Origin: Bdellovibrionota bacterium
GTDB lineage: Bacteria > Bdellovibrionota_C > UBA2361 > JBIKWN01
Reading direction: 5' to 3'
DNA length: 64,000 bases
Assembly: GCA_044356295.1 (NCBI GenBank)
Contig: JBIKWN010000005.1
Coordinates: 33,403 to 97,402 of the forward strand
Part shown: one piece after another, positions 20,637 to 29,786 of the stretch
Layout: each line of letters opens with the position of its first letter
How positions within the stretch are numbered: position 1 is the stretch's first letter
The notes under the pieces: model-generated
The model's input: only the letters and a program-made list of their open reading frames with translations
Told to the model about the DNA's origin: nothing
Databases searched by the model: none
Position numbers and translations under genes: made by a program

Positions 20637-21575
20637 GTGATAAAAGTAGTTGATAATAGTTGCGATCTTTCGGATTTGTATGGTCCCGACATTGGTTTTG
20701 CATGTGCACATCCTGAAATGACAGGCCTTGTCCCATATCCTAGTAAAACTTCTGAAACATCTGAAAACCAACCTGGAATTCTTTTCGAACCAAAGATTGA
20801 AGTACGTCGCTGTTTAATGATAGGCGATTCATTTAACAGAATTGCTTCAGAACCTGGATGTATCGATAGATATCTGCATCACCGGTTTCAGATTGAGGGA
20901 ACAGACTTTGATCAATTAGCGTTAGCCCTTGCCGGTGATCATCAAAGATCTCCATTCAATAATAAGAATCTCGCTGAAATTATTTCGCCCTTATCTCAAA
21001 TTTCTGCAGAGGGTCAGGGTTGGATAAAAAATCAAGCAGGGTTTCGAAATGCAGTAGGAAGATCTTACTGTGTTAAACAATTGAGTAAAGTATGTGGGGA
21101 TTTAGATTCAGAAATTCAAGAATATTGTAATGCACTATCTACAGTTGCAAATGAAAATGATTTTTTAATGATTCTTATTGATGGATCAAGACTTTCAAAT
21201 CAATCGCAAGCAGTAAATCCTCGGCCAATCAGAAACTATCAACAGTTGTTAGCAAATTTAAATGCAATTCCAGGATGGAAGTGTATTTTCGATCTGTCCC
21301 TAGAGTGTGGCAATTTAGCAAATGCTCACATGGAAGATATTGCAAAAAAATCAATCGAGATGGACCGCACTGCAGTGCTAACGAGTGTTGCCTATCAACA
21401 AGAGCCAACATCAATGCATACACAAACTATATGGGACTACCTTGTGAATACAATTTTATTTGGAAGGAGCCTAAAAGAGATTCGTTTAGCTCCATTAATT
21501 AGTGAAAATGCAGCCTCACCCAAAGCAGTGCCACTTATTCCACAGATACGTTCGAATTACTCTGTCGCGTTGTGA
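20637..21575 (+). CDS. Hypothetical protein
   Basis: 312-aa ORF with no recognised motif. Confidence 0.55.
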   Translation: MIKVVDNSCDLSDLYGPDIGFACAHPEMTGLVPYPSKTSETSENQPGILFEPKIEVRRCLMIGDSFNRIASEPGCIDRYLHHRFQIEGTDFDQLALALAGDHQRSPFNNKNLAEIISPLSQISAEGQGWIKNQAGFRNAVGRSYCVKQLSKVCGDLDSEIQEYCNALSTVANENDFLMILIDGSRLSNQSQAVNPRPIRNYQQLLANLNAIPGWKCIFDLSLECGNLANAHMEDIAKKSIEMDRTAVLTSVAYQQEPTSMHTQTIWDYLVNTILFGRSLKEIRLAPLISENAASPKAVPLIPQIRSNYSVAL

Positions 21576-21628
21576 TAGGGGATGCTCACCTTTATTAATG
21601 CATTGAATTTGTTCAAATTTAATTTTAA

Positions 21629-22036
21629 TTGTGCTTAAATTTAAAAATATATATATATATAATCATATATATGAATAACAATTTGAATATACTGAAAAAA
21701 ATTGCTACGAAAAGTCTAAAAACTGAAAAAAGTAGAAAAATCCCTGTGTATCTTAAACTTGAGGAAGACGTAGTAAACTGGTTCAAGAATGAAGGTAAGG
21801 GGTATCAAGAAAGAATTAATTCGCTACTTAAGGATTATGTCAGCGAAGTAGTCATGGCAACTACGACAAAAGTTTCTAATGCACAGAACCTATTCGAAAA
21901 ATATTATTCACAATGTTTCTGGCATTTGCGAAGAGATATCGTTATTAAAGAAGAGCATATTCCACTGATCATAGAAGGGCTTAAAAAACATGGTGGACAA
22001 CAAGGTTATCTAGAGTCACAAATCTTATGCCAGTAA
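21629..22036 (+). CDS. BrnA-like antitoxin domain fused to a small helical domain (start probably ATG 21671)
   Basis: LKLEEDVVNWFKNEGKGYQERINSLL is BrnA-type; C-terminal FEKYYSQCFWHL...GLKKHGG. Confidence 0.65.
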   Translation: MCLNLKIYIYIIIYMNNNLNILKKIATKSLKTEKSRKIPVYLKLEEDVVNWFKNEGKGYQERINSLLKDYVSEVVMATTTKVSNAQNLFEKYYSQCFWHLRRDIVIKEEHIPLIIEGLKKHGGQQGYLESQILCQ

Positions 22037-22417
22037 CAAAATTTCAAAAAAAATTCTTAAACTTTTGTCACAAAACCGAAGCCCCGATAGCTATGTTGCA
22101 GGGCTGCATGTGGTAAAGATCCAGGATTTACCCCTGAATTAATTCTTGATTGCATAAGCCGAAATGCTCGATTAACACCCGATATACTCGCTTTAGAAAA
22201 TCTTACTTCAGCTATAGATCCAAAAAAAATTAAGATGCAATGGATGGAATCTTTTCAAAGAGCTCAATTAGAGATTTCTAAATATCCCATTGATTCAATC
22301 GGATCACTTTTTCTCGATAAGCAAGGCAATACAGTTCATCGACCGAAAGATTTCTCAAATTTAATAGTTCATAAAGGTAGTGTAAGGGGTAGCTGGCCCT
22401 TTTCTGAGAGCGTGTAG
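22027..22417 (+). pseudogene. Frameshifted, internally deleted nucleotidyltransferase-like (AbiEii-like) gene
   Basis: Three frames join as MPVTKFQKK / ILKLLSQNRSPDSYVAG / AACGKDPGFTPELILD...HKGSVRGSWP. The ATG overlaps the upstream gene's end. Confidence 0.6.
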
Positions 22418-22433
22418 GAGACGCTCACTATCA

Positions 22434-23597
22434 TCAGAGAGATCGAATTAATTTGAAAAATTCTTGGTATGGCAATATCTCTACATCATTTATTTTTCTT
22501 GATCTTTCAGCAGTACAAACACAGATTTTTTTCACTTTTTGGTTAATTAATCTAATAGCATTAAAACCAGCTTCATAATCAAGTTCAATCGGAGTATCTT
22601 TGGATTTTATTTCTACTGCAATCATTTCACCTGAAGGCGTTGTAATTATTAAATCAACTTCTACATCTGCCGCTGTTCTTAGAAATGAAAGTGAAAGATC
22701 TTTACGAAGATAGTGCGAAATTCTTACTACCTCATTGATAACCCATGTTTCAAAATAGTTACCATACTCGAATGTTTGAGGGCGAATATCAGTATTGAGG
22801 CGTTTTTGAAGTGAACGAAGTACGCCAGTATCAAAAAAGTAAAATTTGGGAGAAGTTTTAAATTTCTTCCTTTCAGAATGATTCAAAGCAGGAAGGAATC
22901 TGCCTAAAAGTGTATCTTCAAGGATTTTAAAATATTCTTTAACCGTTACTGAAGAAAGAAGAACATCGCGGGCTATGTTAGAAAAATTTATTTGTTCGCC
23001 GTTACATTGTGCCGCAACTTCCAGAAATCTAATAAAGCCTCCTATATTTCTTGAAAGAGCTTCAGCTTCGATTTCTTGTTGAAGATACATTTGAGTATAG
23101 GCTCTTAGATTTTCTTTTGCAGAATCTTTATCAGTTAAAATATTTGCTGGAAGTGTTCCAGTAGAAAGAATTTGATTTAATGTAACTGGCTTTGGTACTT
23201 CTAAGAAGGTGAGGGGGAATAATTCAAAGCTCCAAGCCCTACCGCCAAGTAAATTGGCACGCCCTCTTTTTAATTTTCTTGCACTTGAACCCGTTAGGAT
23301 AAACTTTTGAGGAACTCCTTTATCAATTAAATACTGGACTTCATTTAATAGATCTGGAACCCGCTGCGCTTCATCAATCAATACATGAGAGATTTTTTCA
23401 GATAAGGCCCAAACTTCCTCTCTTAAGCGGTCAGGTTTAGAGACAAACTGGGAATAGGTCTCAGTTTGAAGTAAATTAATTTCAGCAAGTTCTTCACTTT
23501 TAAAAGAATTTCTAATCAACGTAGTTTTTCCAGATTGTCTGGCTCCGAATAGGAAAAAACTGTTAGATTTTGGTATGTTAAGTTCTCTTTTAAGCAT
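22434..23597 (-). CDS. AAA_14 ATPase with DUF4143 domain
   Basis: GARQSGKTT, IDEAQ, LTGSSAR, GGRA, KFYFFDTG, EVDLI and AVEIK. Confidence 0.9.
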   Translation of the reverse strand: MLKRELNIPKSNSFFLFGARQSGKTTLIRNSFKSEELAEINLLQTETYSQFVSKPDRLREEVWALSEKISHVLIDEAQRVPDLLNEVQYLIDKGVPQKFILTGSSARKLKRGRANLLGGRAWSFELFPLTFLEVPKPVTLNQILSTGTLPANILTDKDSAKENLRAYTQMYLQQEIEAEALSRNIGGFIRFLEVAAQCNGEQINFSNIARDVLLSSVTVKEYFKILEDTLLGRFLPALNHSERKKFKTSPKFYFFDTGVLRSLQKRLNTDIRPQTFEYGNYFETWVINEVVRISHYLRKDLSLSFLRTAADVEVDLIITTPSGEMIAVEIKSKDTPIELDYEAGFNAIRLINQKVKKICVCTAERSRKINDVEILPYQEFFKLIRSL

Positions 23598-23672
23598 GCT
23601 TTAAATATCCGTTGAATAATTAAAGCATACTTTTACTTAAAGACAAATCCCCAATCTAAGATATCAATCAGG

Positions 23673-25022
23673 TTGATGCATCAGTGTTTGCATAAGGAAC
23701 AAACCATGAAAGCTCGAATAGTCATCTGGCTTGGGTACGGTGATGAAGGGAAAGGGTCTTGGGTTGATTACTTGGTAAGAAAACACCAGGTCACTCAAGT
23801 TGTGCGATTCAATGGAGGTGCGCAAGCACTACACCATGTGGTGACGCTCGAGGGGCTTACCCACGGATTCGCACAATTTTCCTCTGGTACTTTGGTGCCG
23901 GGGGTTAAGACCCTCCTTTCCAAATTCATGTTGATTGAGCCAGAGAGTTTTTTTGCAGAGGCAGAGATGCTTTCCGCAAAAGGAATCGCTGATGTTGTTG
24001 AAAGAGTTATTATCAGTGAGAAATCACCGGTGATCACTCCTTTCAACAGATTACTCAATCGAATCATGGAGCGCTTTCGTGGAATAGAACGCCATGGAAG
24101 TTGCGGATTTGGAATCGGACTTACTCAAGCAGATGTAGAGTCGCTCAAAGATCGAGCACTCTATGTCAAAGATCTATCGTCATCTTCGACACTTCGGTCA
24201 AAGTTAAATGATCTGTGGAGTTTGAAATTAGATTTTGCTGATCGATTCAGAAATGAATCGACTGAAGATCTGTTTCATGCACTGCAGAACATTGACATTG
24301 AACGATATGTTGAACTGTTCACACGGTTCGCTGAAGCGGTAAACGTTGTCAGCGAAGAGGAATTTCAAAAACTGCTTCGTGAAAACGAATCAGTCTTTGA
24401 AGGTGCACAGGGTGTTATGCTCGACCAAACGTATGGAACATTTCCGTTCTGCACGAGGTCGAATACGACATTCGAAAATGCATTGATGCTTCTTCGTGAA
24501 GCTGGGTGGCAGGGTACTATTGAGAGAATTGGACTTTTGAGGGCGTATGGAACCAGGCACGGTGCTGGTCCATTCCCAACAGAAGACTCTTCACTCAACG
24601 TAGTACCTTGTCTTAATCAACTCAATGAATGGCAGGGGCAGTTCCGAACAGGATGGTTTGATGCAGTGTTAGCGCGCTATGCACTTGAATGTGTAGGCGA
24701 TGTTGATACGTTAGTCATCACCAACTTTGATCGAATTGTTTCAGAACAAACTCTCCAGATCGCAGTTCGATATGGCAGAGTGAGTGATAGTCGTTTCTTT
24801 CGTGACGGACAGATGATTCCTTTTACGGGGGGTCTTCAAGAACTTGCGGAACGAACGACAATGCTAGCCGAAGTGGAACCTGACTATCTTGATGGTGGAG
24901 TCTATTCGCAAAACGATCCTGATTCGGTAAATCGATATCTGAAGCTCCTTGAAAAGAGTATCGGACGTCGAATTAACACTGTGTCATCAAGTATCGATTG
25001 CAAAAAGATAGAGTTCGATTGA
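23673..25022 (+). CDS. Adenylosuccinate synthetase-like protein, divergent PurA paralogue (start probably ATG 23706)
   Basis: GYGDEGKG, VVRFNGGAQ, FEGAQGVMLD, TRHGAGPFPTE and GWFD; the GxTTGRxR loop is absent. Confidence 0.85.
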   Translation: MMHQCLHKEQTMKARIVIWLGYGDEGKGSWVDYLVRKHQVTQVVRFNGGAQALHHVVTLEGLTHGFAQFSSGTLVPGVKTLLSKFMLIEPESFFAEAEMLSAKGIADVVERVIISEKSPVITPFNRLLNRIMERFRGIERHGSCGFGIGLTQADVESLKDRALYVKDLSSSSTLRSKLNDLWSLKLDFADRFRNESTEDLFHALQNIDIERYVELFTRFAEAVNVVSEEEFQKLLRENESVFEGAQGVMLDQTYGTFPFCTRSNTTFENALMLLREAGWQGTIERIGLLRAYGTRHGAGPFPTEDSSLNVVPCLNQLNEWQGQFRTGWFDAVLARYALECVGDVDTLVITNFDRIVSEQTLQIAVRYGRVSDSRFFRDGQMIPFTGGLQELAERTTMLAEVEPDYLDGGVYSQNDPDSVNRYLKLLEKSIGRRINTVSSSIDCKKIEFD

Positions 25023-25238
25023 TGAGATCAATTTGGCTTTATTCTTTGTATTCTTCATCAAAAAGGGAGGGGTTCTTAGCGACGGTTCTTCATTTGAGTT
25101 TATGGGATGCACTCGAGATTACTGCAAAGGTTTAAAAGTCAAAGCAGCTCTCAAAGCATCCCCTACCTTTCAGGGGACGCTCACCATAACTTATTAAAAT
25201 TTCATCACCGCGGTCTGGTAGGAGTTTAACTATTATTT

Positions 25239-25322
25239 TTTTTTGTAACGCGAAGGACACGAAGTACGCGAAGGAATTAATTTAATCCTTCGCGTACTTC
25301 GCGACCTTCGCGTTACAAAAAA
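25239..25322. repeat. Long palindromic element, copy 2
   Basis: Same arms as 18746-18830 with two left-arm substitutions (GGACACGAAG). Confidence 0.95.
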
Positions 25323-25378
25323 TATCTTCAATTACTTTCTACCGAGCAATAGTGACCTTTAGGGGACAGTGACCTTTA

Positions 25379-25469
25379 GGGGACGCTCACCTTTATAAGC
25401 CACTGTAATCACTTGGTAGGAATAAATTATCTCTAAAGATTTCAAACAGTTATAAAGGTGAGCGTCCCC
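25379..25469. mobile_element. 91-bp MITE-like element with perfect 20-bp terminal inverted repeats
   Basis: GGGGACGCTCACCTTTATAA (25379-25398) and TTATAAAGGTGAGCGTCCCC (25450-25469); preceded by tandem AGTGACCTTTAGGGGAC x2. Confidence 0.7.
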
Positions 25470-25480
25470 AAGATTCTGAT

Positions 25481-25507
25481 TAACTTTTTGGGCTAAGTAG
25501 TCGATCT
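25481..25507 (+). promoter_or_regulatory. Sigma-28 (FliA)-type promoter of the flagellin
   Basis: TAAC-N15-GTCGATCT versus consensus TAAA-N15-GCCGATAA, about 95 bp before the flagellin ATG. Confidence 0.65.
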
Positions 25508-25601
25508 TACGTGTGATGAGAACCCTTTAAGGGGGATCTTGCGCCTGTGGCGTATTTAAAGAGTGTGTGTGTAAAAAATGCAAAAGGAATTGCAAACATA
25601 A

Positions 25602-27458
25602 ATGCCAATCACGATCGCTAGCAACATAGCGTCGCTTGGTGCGCAACGACAACTTGGAAAAGTTTCCGAGTCGTTAGGTAGTACCTACGAGAGGCTCTCA
25701 TCAGGAATGAGAATTAATAAAGCATCAGATGATGCTGCAGGGCTCGCAATTGCTTTAAGTCTGAATTCAGATACAAGAGTATTTACTCAAGCGGTAAGAA
25801 ACTTAAATGATGGTATATCGTATCTATCAATCGCTTCTGGAGCACTTGATGCCCTTTCAACTATAGTCATTAGGCAGAAAGAATTAGCAGAGCAATCTGC
25901 AAATGGAACTGTTGGCCTCACGCAACGAAAAAGTATTCAACAAGAGTCAGATGCATTAACAAGAGAATATGCTCGTATTACTGCAACTGCTACGTTTAAT
26001 AATCGAAAAATATACGAAGATAATTCCAATAACTTACTATCGTTACAAACAGCCTATAGTGCGATTACATATAATCTTGGGCAGTCTCTTGCTGATTATC
26101 GTGGTGATGGGACTTTCTCGAGTGGGACAACTGTGGATAGTGCTACATTTTTGGGGCAAGTAGTAATTGCGGACCTCAATAATGATGGGAAACAAGATAT
26201 TATACAGGTCAGAGGTACTGGTGGAAATTTAAGGTATCAACTCGGAAATGGTGATGGAACTTTCCAAAGTGTCATTCAGCTTAGCACTGGAAATAGTCCA
26301 ATTTCAGTATTAGTTGATGATTATAATAAAGATGGTTTCAAAGATTTTGCGATAGTAAATTCACAAGGTAATCTGCGTGTTGCTTTACAAAATAGCAATG
26401 GAACTTTTGGAACTTTTGTTACTTATCAAGGTCCACTTGGAGCAAACACCATGCAGTTAACATCTGGTGATTTTGATGGTGATGGTATTACTGATCTTTT
26501 TTATCAACACGGAAGTTTTACAAGTTGGGTCTTAAGAGGAAATAGTGATGGTAGCTTTCAAGCCCCAGTGACTGCAGCTAGCACCCTTTTTAATAGTACC
26601 GTAAAAGTTGCTGATTTTAATAACGATGGAAAATCTGATTTAGTTTCGATTACATCTGGAACACTAAGAACATTTACTTCGAATGGTGATGGCACATTCG
26701 CAGTAGGCGCAACAATCTTCTCTGGAATTACCGGTTCAGTTACAGCAGATGTAGGTGATTTTAACCGAGATGGAATTCAAGATATTGTTTATTCAGATAC
26801 CACATCTGGGAGGGTATATCTTGCCATTGGTAATGCAAATGGAACTTTTCAAGCTTCTATATCATTCACATCTTCAGGTGCAAACCCAGGCTCCATAACG
26901 ACTGGGGATTATAATGGAGATGGATTAGCAGACATAAGTTATCTCACAACTGGTTCAACATCGTTAAGTATTCGTTTAGGTAATGGTGACGGTAGTTTTC
27001 GGGCAGAGACATCATCAGCAATAAGTACTAATGGATCATTTGCTTTTGGGGATGTAAATAATGATGGCTCTGTTGATCTTGTTTCAGTGAGATCCGATTC
27101 CAATTCTAGTGCTCTGTATCTGCAAGGCACACGAACAGAATTTCAAGCAGACTATTTATATCTTTTAGACCAAAAGAGTGCCCGAAATGCCATCGATCAA
27201 CTTGAAACAATTTTTAATAAAATTTCTCAAGAACGTTCAATAGTCGGTGCTTCTCTTTCTAGAATTTCAGTCGGTATACAGACGCTGTCGGATGCAGCGC
27301 TACAGTATAAAGCTGCTGAATCAAGGATAAGAGATATTGATGTTGCAGAAGAATCATCAGAACTTACGAAACAATCAATTCGCCAACAAGTTGCTGCTTC
27401 GATTCTTGGACAAGCTAATCAGCAGCCATCTTTGGCGCTTAGCCTCTTACGATCTTAA
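25602..27458 (+). CDS. fliC: Flagellin with seven FG-GAP/VCBS repeats in the variable region
   Basis: N-terminal ERLSSGMRINKASDDAAGLAI and C-terminal AAESRIRDIDVAEE...ALSLLR; seven central D-x-[ND]-x-DG-x-x-D motifs. Confidence 0.9.
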   Translation: MPITIASNIASLGAQRQLGKVSESLGSTYERLSSGMRINKASDDAAGLAIALSLNSDTRVFTQAVRNLNDGISYLSIASGALDALSTIVIRQKELAEQSANGTVGLTQRKSIQQESDALTREYARITATATFNNRKIYEDNSNNLLSLQTAYSAITYNLGQSLADYRGDGTFSSGTTVDSATFLGQVVIADLNNDGKQDIIQVRGTGGNLRYQLGNGDGTFQSVIQLSTGNSPISVLVDDYNKDGFKDFAIVNSQGNLRVALQNSNGTFGTFVTYQGPLGANTMQLTSGDFDGDGITDLFYQHGSFTSWVLRGNSDGSFQAPVTAASTLFNSTVKVADFNNDGKSDLVSITSGTLRTFTSNGDGTFAVGATIFSGITGSVTADVGDFNRDGIQDIVYSDTTSGRVYLAIGNANGTFQASISFTSSGANPGSITTGDYNGDGLADISYLTTGSTSLSIRLGNGDGSFRAETSSAISTNGSFAFGDVNNDGSVDLVSVRSDSNSSALYLQGTRTEFQADYLYLLDQKSARNAIDQLETIFNKISQERSIVGASLSRISVGIQTLSDAALQYKAAESRIRDIDVAEESSELTKQSIRQQVAASILGQANQQPSLALSLLRS

Positions 27459-27489
27459 GGGGGACGCTCAGATTTTATAACTTTTATTT

Positions 27490-27573
27490 TTTTTTGTAAC
27501 GCGAAGGACACGAAGTACGCGAAGGAATTAATTTAATCCTTCGCGTACTTCGCGACCTTCACGTTACAAAAAA
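27490..27573. repeat. Long palindromic element, copy 3
   Basis: Nearly identical to copy 2, including the AAAAAATATCTTCAATTA flank; lies between convergent genes. Confidence 0.95.
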
Positions 27574-27613
27574 TATCTTCAATTATTTCTAGCATCAATC
27601 AGCCAAATATGTT

Positions 27614-29635
27614 TTACCCGGTAAAAGTATAAACAATTTCAAGTGACATCGGATCTAAAAGAGCCCTCATCCAATCGGGTTGTTTCTCAATCTGCATATT
27701 TAAATAATCGATAGATTCTTTCTTGGCCGGTAGTCCTTTGCGCAATCTATATCTCTGTTCCGCGGCTAACGGCTTATTACCATCAACCAGTACATTTGAC
27801 AGAGTTCTTCGAAACTGTGAAACCATGTCACTAGTACACCATGCTTGACCATGTGGTAAAAATATTGAGGCTGCTGCTGGTTCGAAGCAAGCTTCGGATA
27901 ATAAAATTTTTAGTTGAGATATTTCAAAAAGATTTAAATGAGATTCCCCCAGTATTGGACCATGTAAGACTCCTGATTTATGAAATAGATCGTATGTTAG
28001 TATTTCGAAAATCTTTTTAATTTTTCTTGGATCTATATTGCTGGATTCATCTGTGTTACGTTGCATAGCAATTCCTAAAGCTATCACCAGTAATCTACGA
28101 TGAGCAGAAAGTGTTATCTCACTGTCTTGAATAAGGCGTTTATACCAACTGGTATTATGAAAGAAACACGAGGGGTCTAGTTTTTCGATAACATTTGAAG
28201 ATAGATCGCCTAATTGTACATACTTTTCAATCAGCTTGCGTGCATGTCGAAACCCTAAATCTCCTTTACTACGATTTACAATTTGATCTGCGGCAAATGG
28301 TGAAACGTCAAATAAACTTTGTGCATATTGTAAAGGAGTAGGTGGGTTATCCTTATACTCGACAGCAGACATTATAGTTAGTGTACTTACCCGTTGGCCA
28401 AGTTCAAGATTTGAATCTGAAGCAATATCTGGTGGAAGAAAACATAGTAAGCTTTCTGAAATATTTTGACTAACGACACCAAGTTTAGATATACAAAATT
28501 GTGTTGATTGTAGTTTGCCTTGAACAGATATATGGCTTGAGCCAAGCAAGATACTTTCGGCGTGCTTAATAGTTTTCAAACCAAAAAGTCGAAGTATAAT
28601 CTCAGTATCTTTGAATCCACAAAATTCCTGGATTTCTTTTCTGAAAAGCGCGCATGCACTTCTTCTTGCCCGAGAAAGAGCCAGGCGTTTAGGATCTAAA
28701 TATAATTTCTCACTAGGATTTGGATTAAGTAATACGACCATTTTGTGAGCAAATGGATGAAATGCTACTTGGTTTAAATACCTTTCGAGACGGCTGGGGC
28801 TTAAGCTTTTGTGACCATAGATTATATCTCGTGCTGAACCAAATGTTAATTCAAAGCGAAGTGCAACTTCTCGAATTGCTGAGGCAAGCTTTGGGGCATT
28901 ATTACCATTAAAATGTCTATAAACTTCGAATGCAAATTCTTTCCTTAGCTCAACAATATCAGAAGGTAATTGCGAGGTAGAGTATTTTTTTGGTGATGAT
29001 GGTTTGGTAGGAAAGGTTTGAGGAATGCTTTGTGAGAAAATTTTAGCAAAGGTGTATCGAGCTTCCTTATCGCTACTCTCCAGCAGTTGAAGCGATAAAT
29101 TAGTTTCAAACAGATCAATTACCTCTTCACTTGAACGACTGTTACTTATACGACGACGAACTCTTGAAAGACGTGATTTATATTGAGTTAGATTTATATT
29201 TAAATGAAATGCTCCTTCTTCATCCGAAAAACCAATAATATCTAGAAAAAGAACATTTTGATCGAGCGGGTTATGTATCCCAAGTGAGGCTAAAGTTTCA
29301 CGTACAAGAGCATAATGTTCTCTGTTAAAATCAAAATTAGAAGTAGATGCATGTTTGGAACTAATTGGTTCGATTGAATCCGGAGCATCCAACTCGATTG
29401 CATGTCGTGTTCTTTTTCTCTTTTCCCCCCTATGTTTATCAATCCCAATACTTTGGAAAGTACGAATCACTAAACCAGTTGCTGAGCCACCATCTTTAAC
29501 TTCATGCCCATTGAGCTTAAGCCACGCTTCACCTAAAGCATCCTCAGCATCTCGTAAGGGTACACCCGCCCTTATTAAAGATTGGATACGCTTATTTCCT
29601 GAACGGAGTAACTCTTCGGCGATATCTTCTTGCAT
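27614..29635 (-). CDS. ECF-type sigma-70-like protein with long C-terminal extension
   Basis: Region-2-like DAEDALGEAWLKL...GIDKHR; region-4-like GFSDEEGAFHLNINLTQYKSRLSRVRRRI; about 500 further residues of unknown function. Confidence 0.6.
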   Translation of the reverse strand: MQEDIAEELLRSGNKRIQSLIRAGVPLRDAEDALGEAWLKLNGHEVKDGGSATGLVIRTFQSIGIDKHRGEKRKRTRHAIELDAPDSIEPISSKHASTSNFDFNREHYALVRETLASLGIHNPLDQNVLFLDIIGFSDEEGAFHLNINLTQYKSRLSRVRRRISNSRSSEEVIDLFETNLSLQLLESSDKEARYTFAKIFSQSIPQTFPTKPSSPKKYSTSQLPSDIVELRKEFAFEVYRHFNGNNAPKLASAIREVALRFELTFGSARDIIYGHKSLSPSRLERYLNQVAFHPFAHKMVVLLNPNPSEKLYLDPKRLALSRARRSACALFRKEIQEFCGFKDTEIILRLFGLKTIKHAESILLGSSHISVQGKLQSTQFCISKLGVVSQNISESLLCFLPPDIASDSNLELGQRVSTLTIMSAVEYKDNPPTPLQYAQSLFDVSPFAADQIVNRSKGDLGFRHARKLIEKYVQLGDLSSNVIEKLDPSCFFHNTSWYKRLIQDSEITLSAHRRLLVIALGIAMQRNTDESSNIDPRKIKKIFEILTYDLFHKSGVLHGPILGESHLNLFEISQLKILLSEACFEPAAASIFLPHGQAWCTSDMVSQFRRTLSNVLVDGNKPLAAEQRYRLRKGLPAKKESIDYLNMQIEKQPDWMRALLDPMSLEIVYTFTG

Positions 29636-29786
29636 TCAAAAAACTAAGTAAAAATACGTTAATTGATAGAGAGATTTATATCAGAAGAATTATCCTTAAC
29701 ATAAAAAAAGAGAAAAAAATTGATTTATCACCAATTATCTTTGCGCTTTTGCTTGAGTAAGACTCAATGTACTCTATCTAGAAATC

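Noticed and set aside
23673..25022. PurZ (Z-base synthesis) call
   Set aside because: The diagnostic position is Asp (GDEGKG), not Ser. No phage context is adjacent, and the HD hydrolase is 30 kb away.
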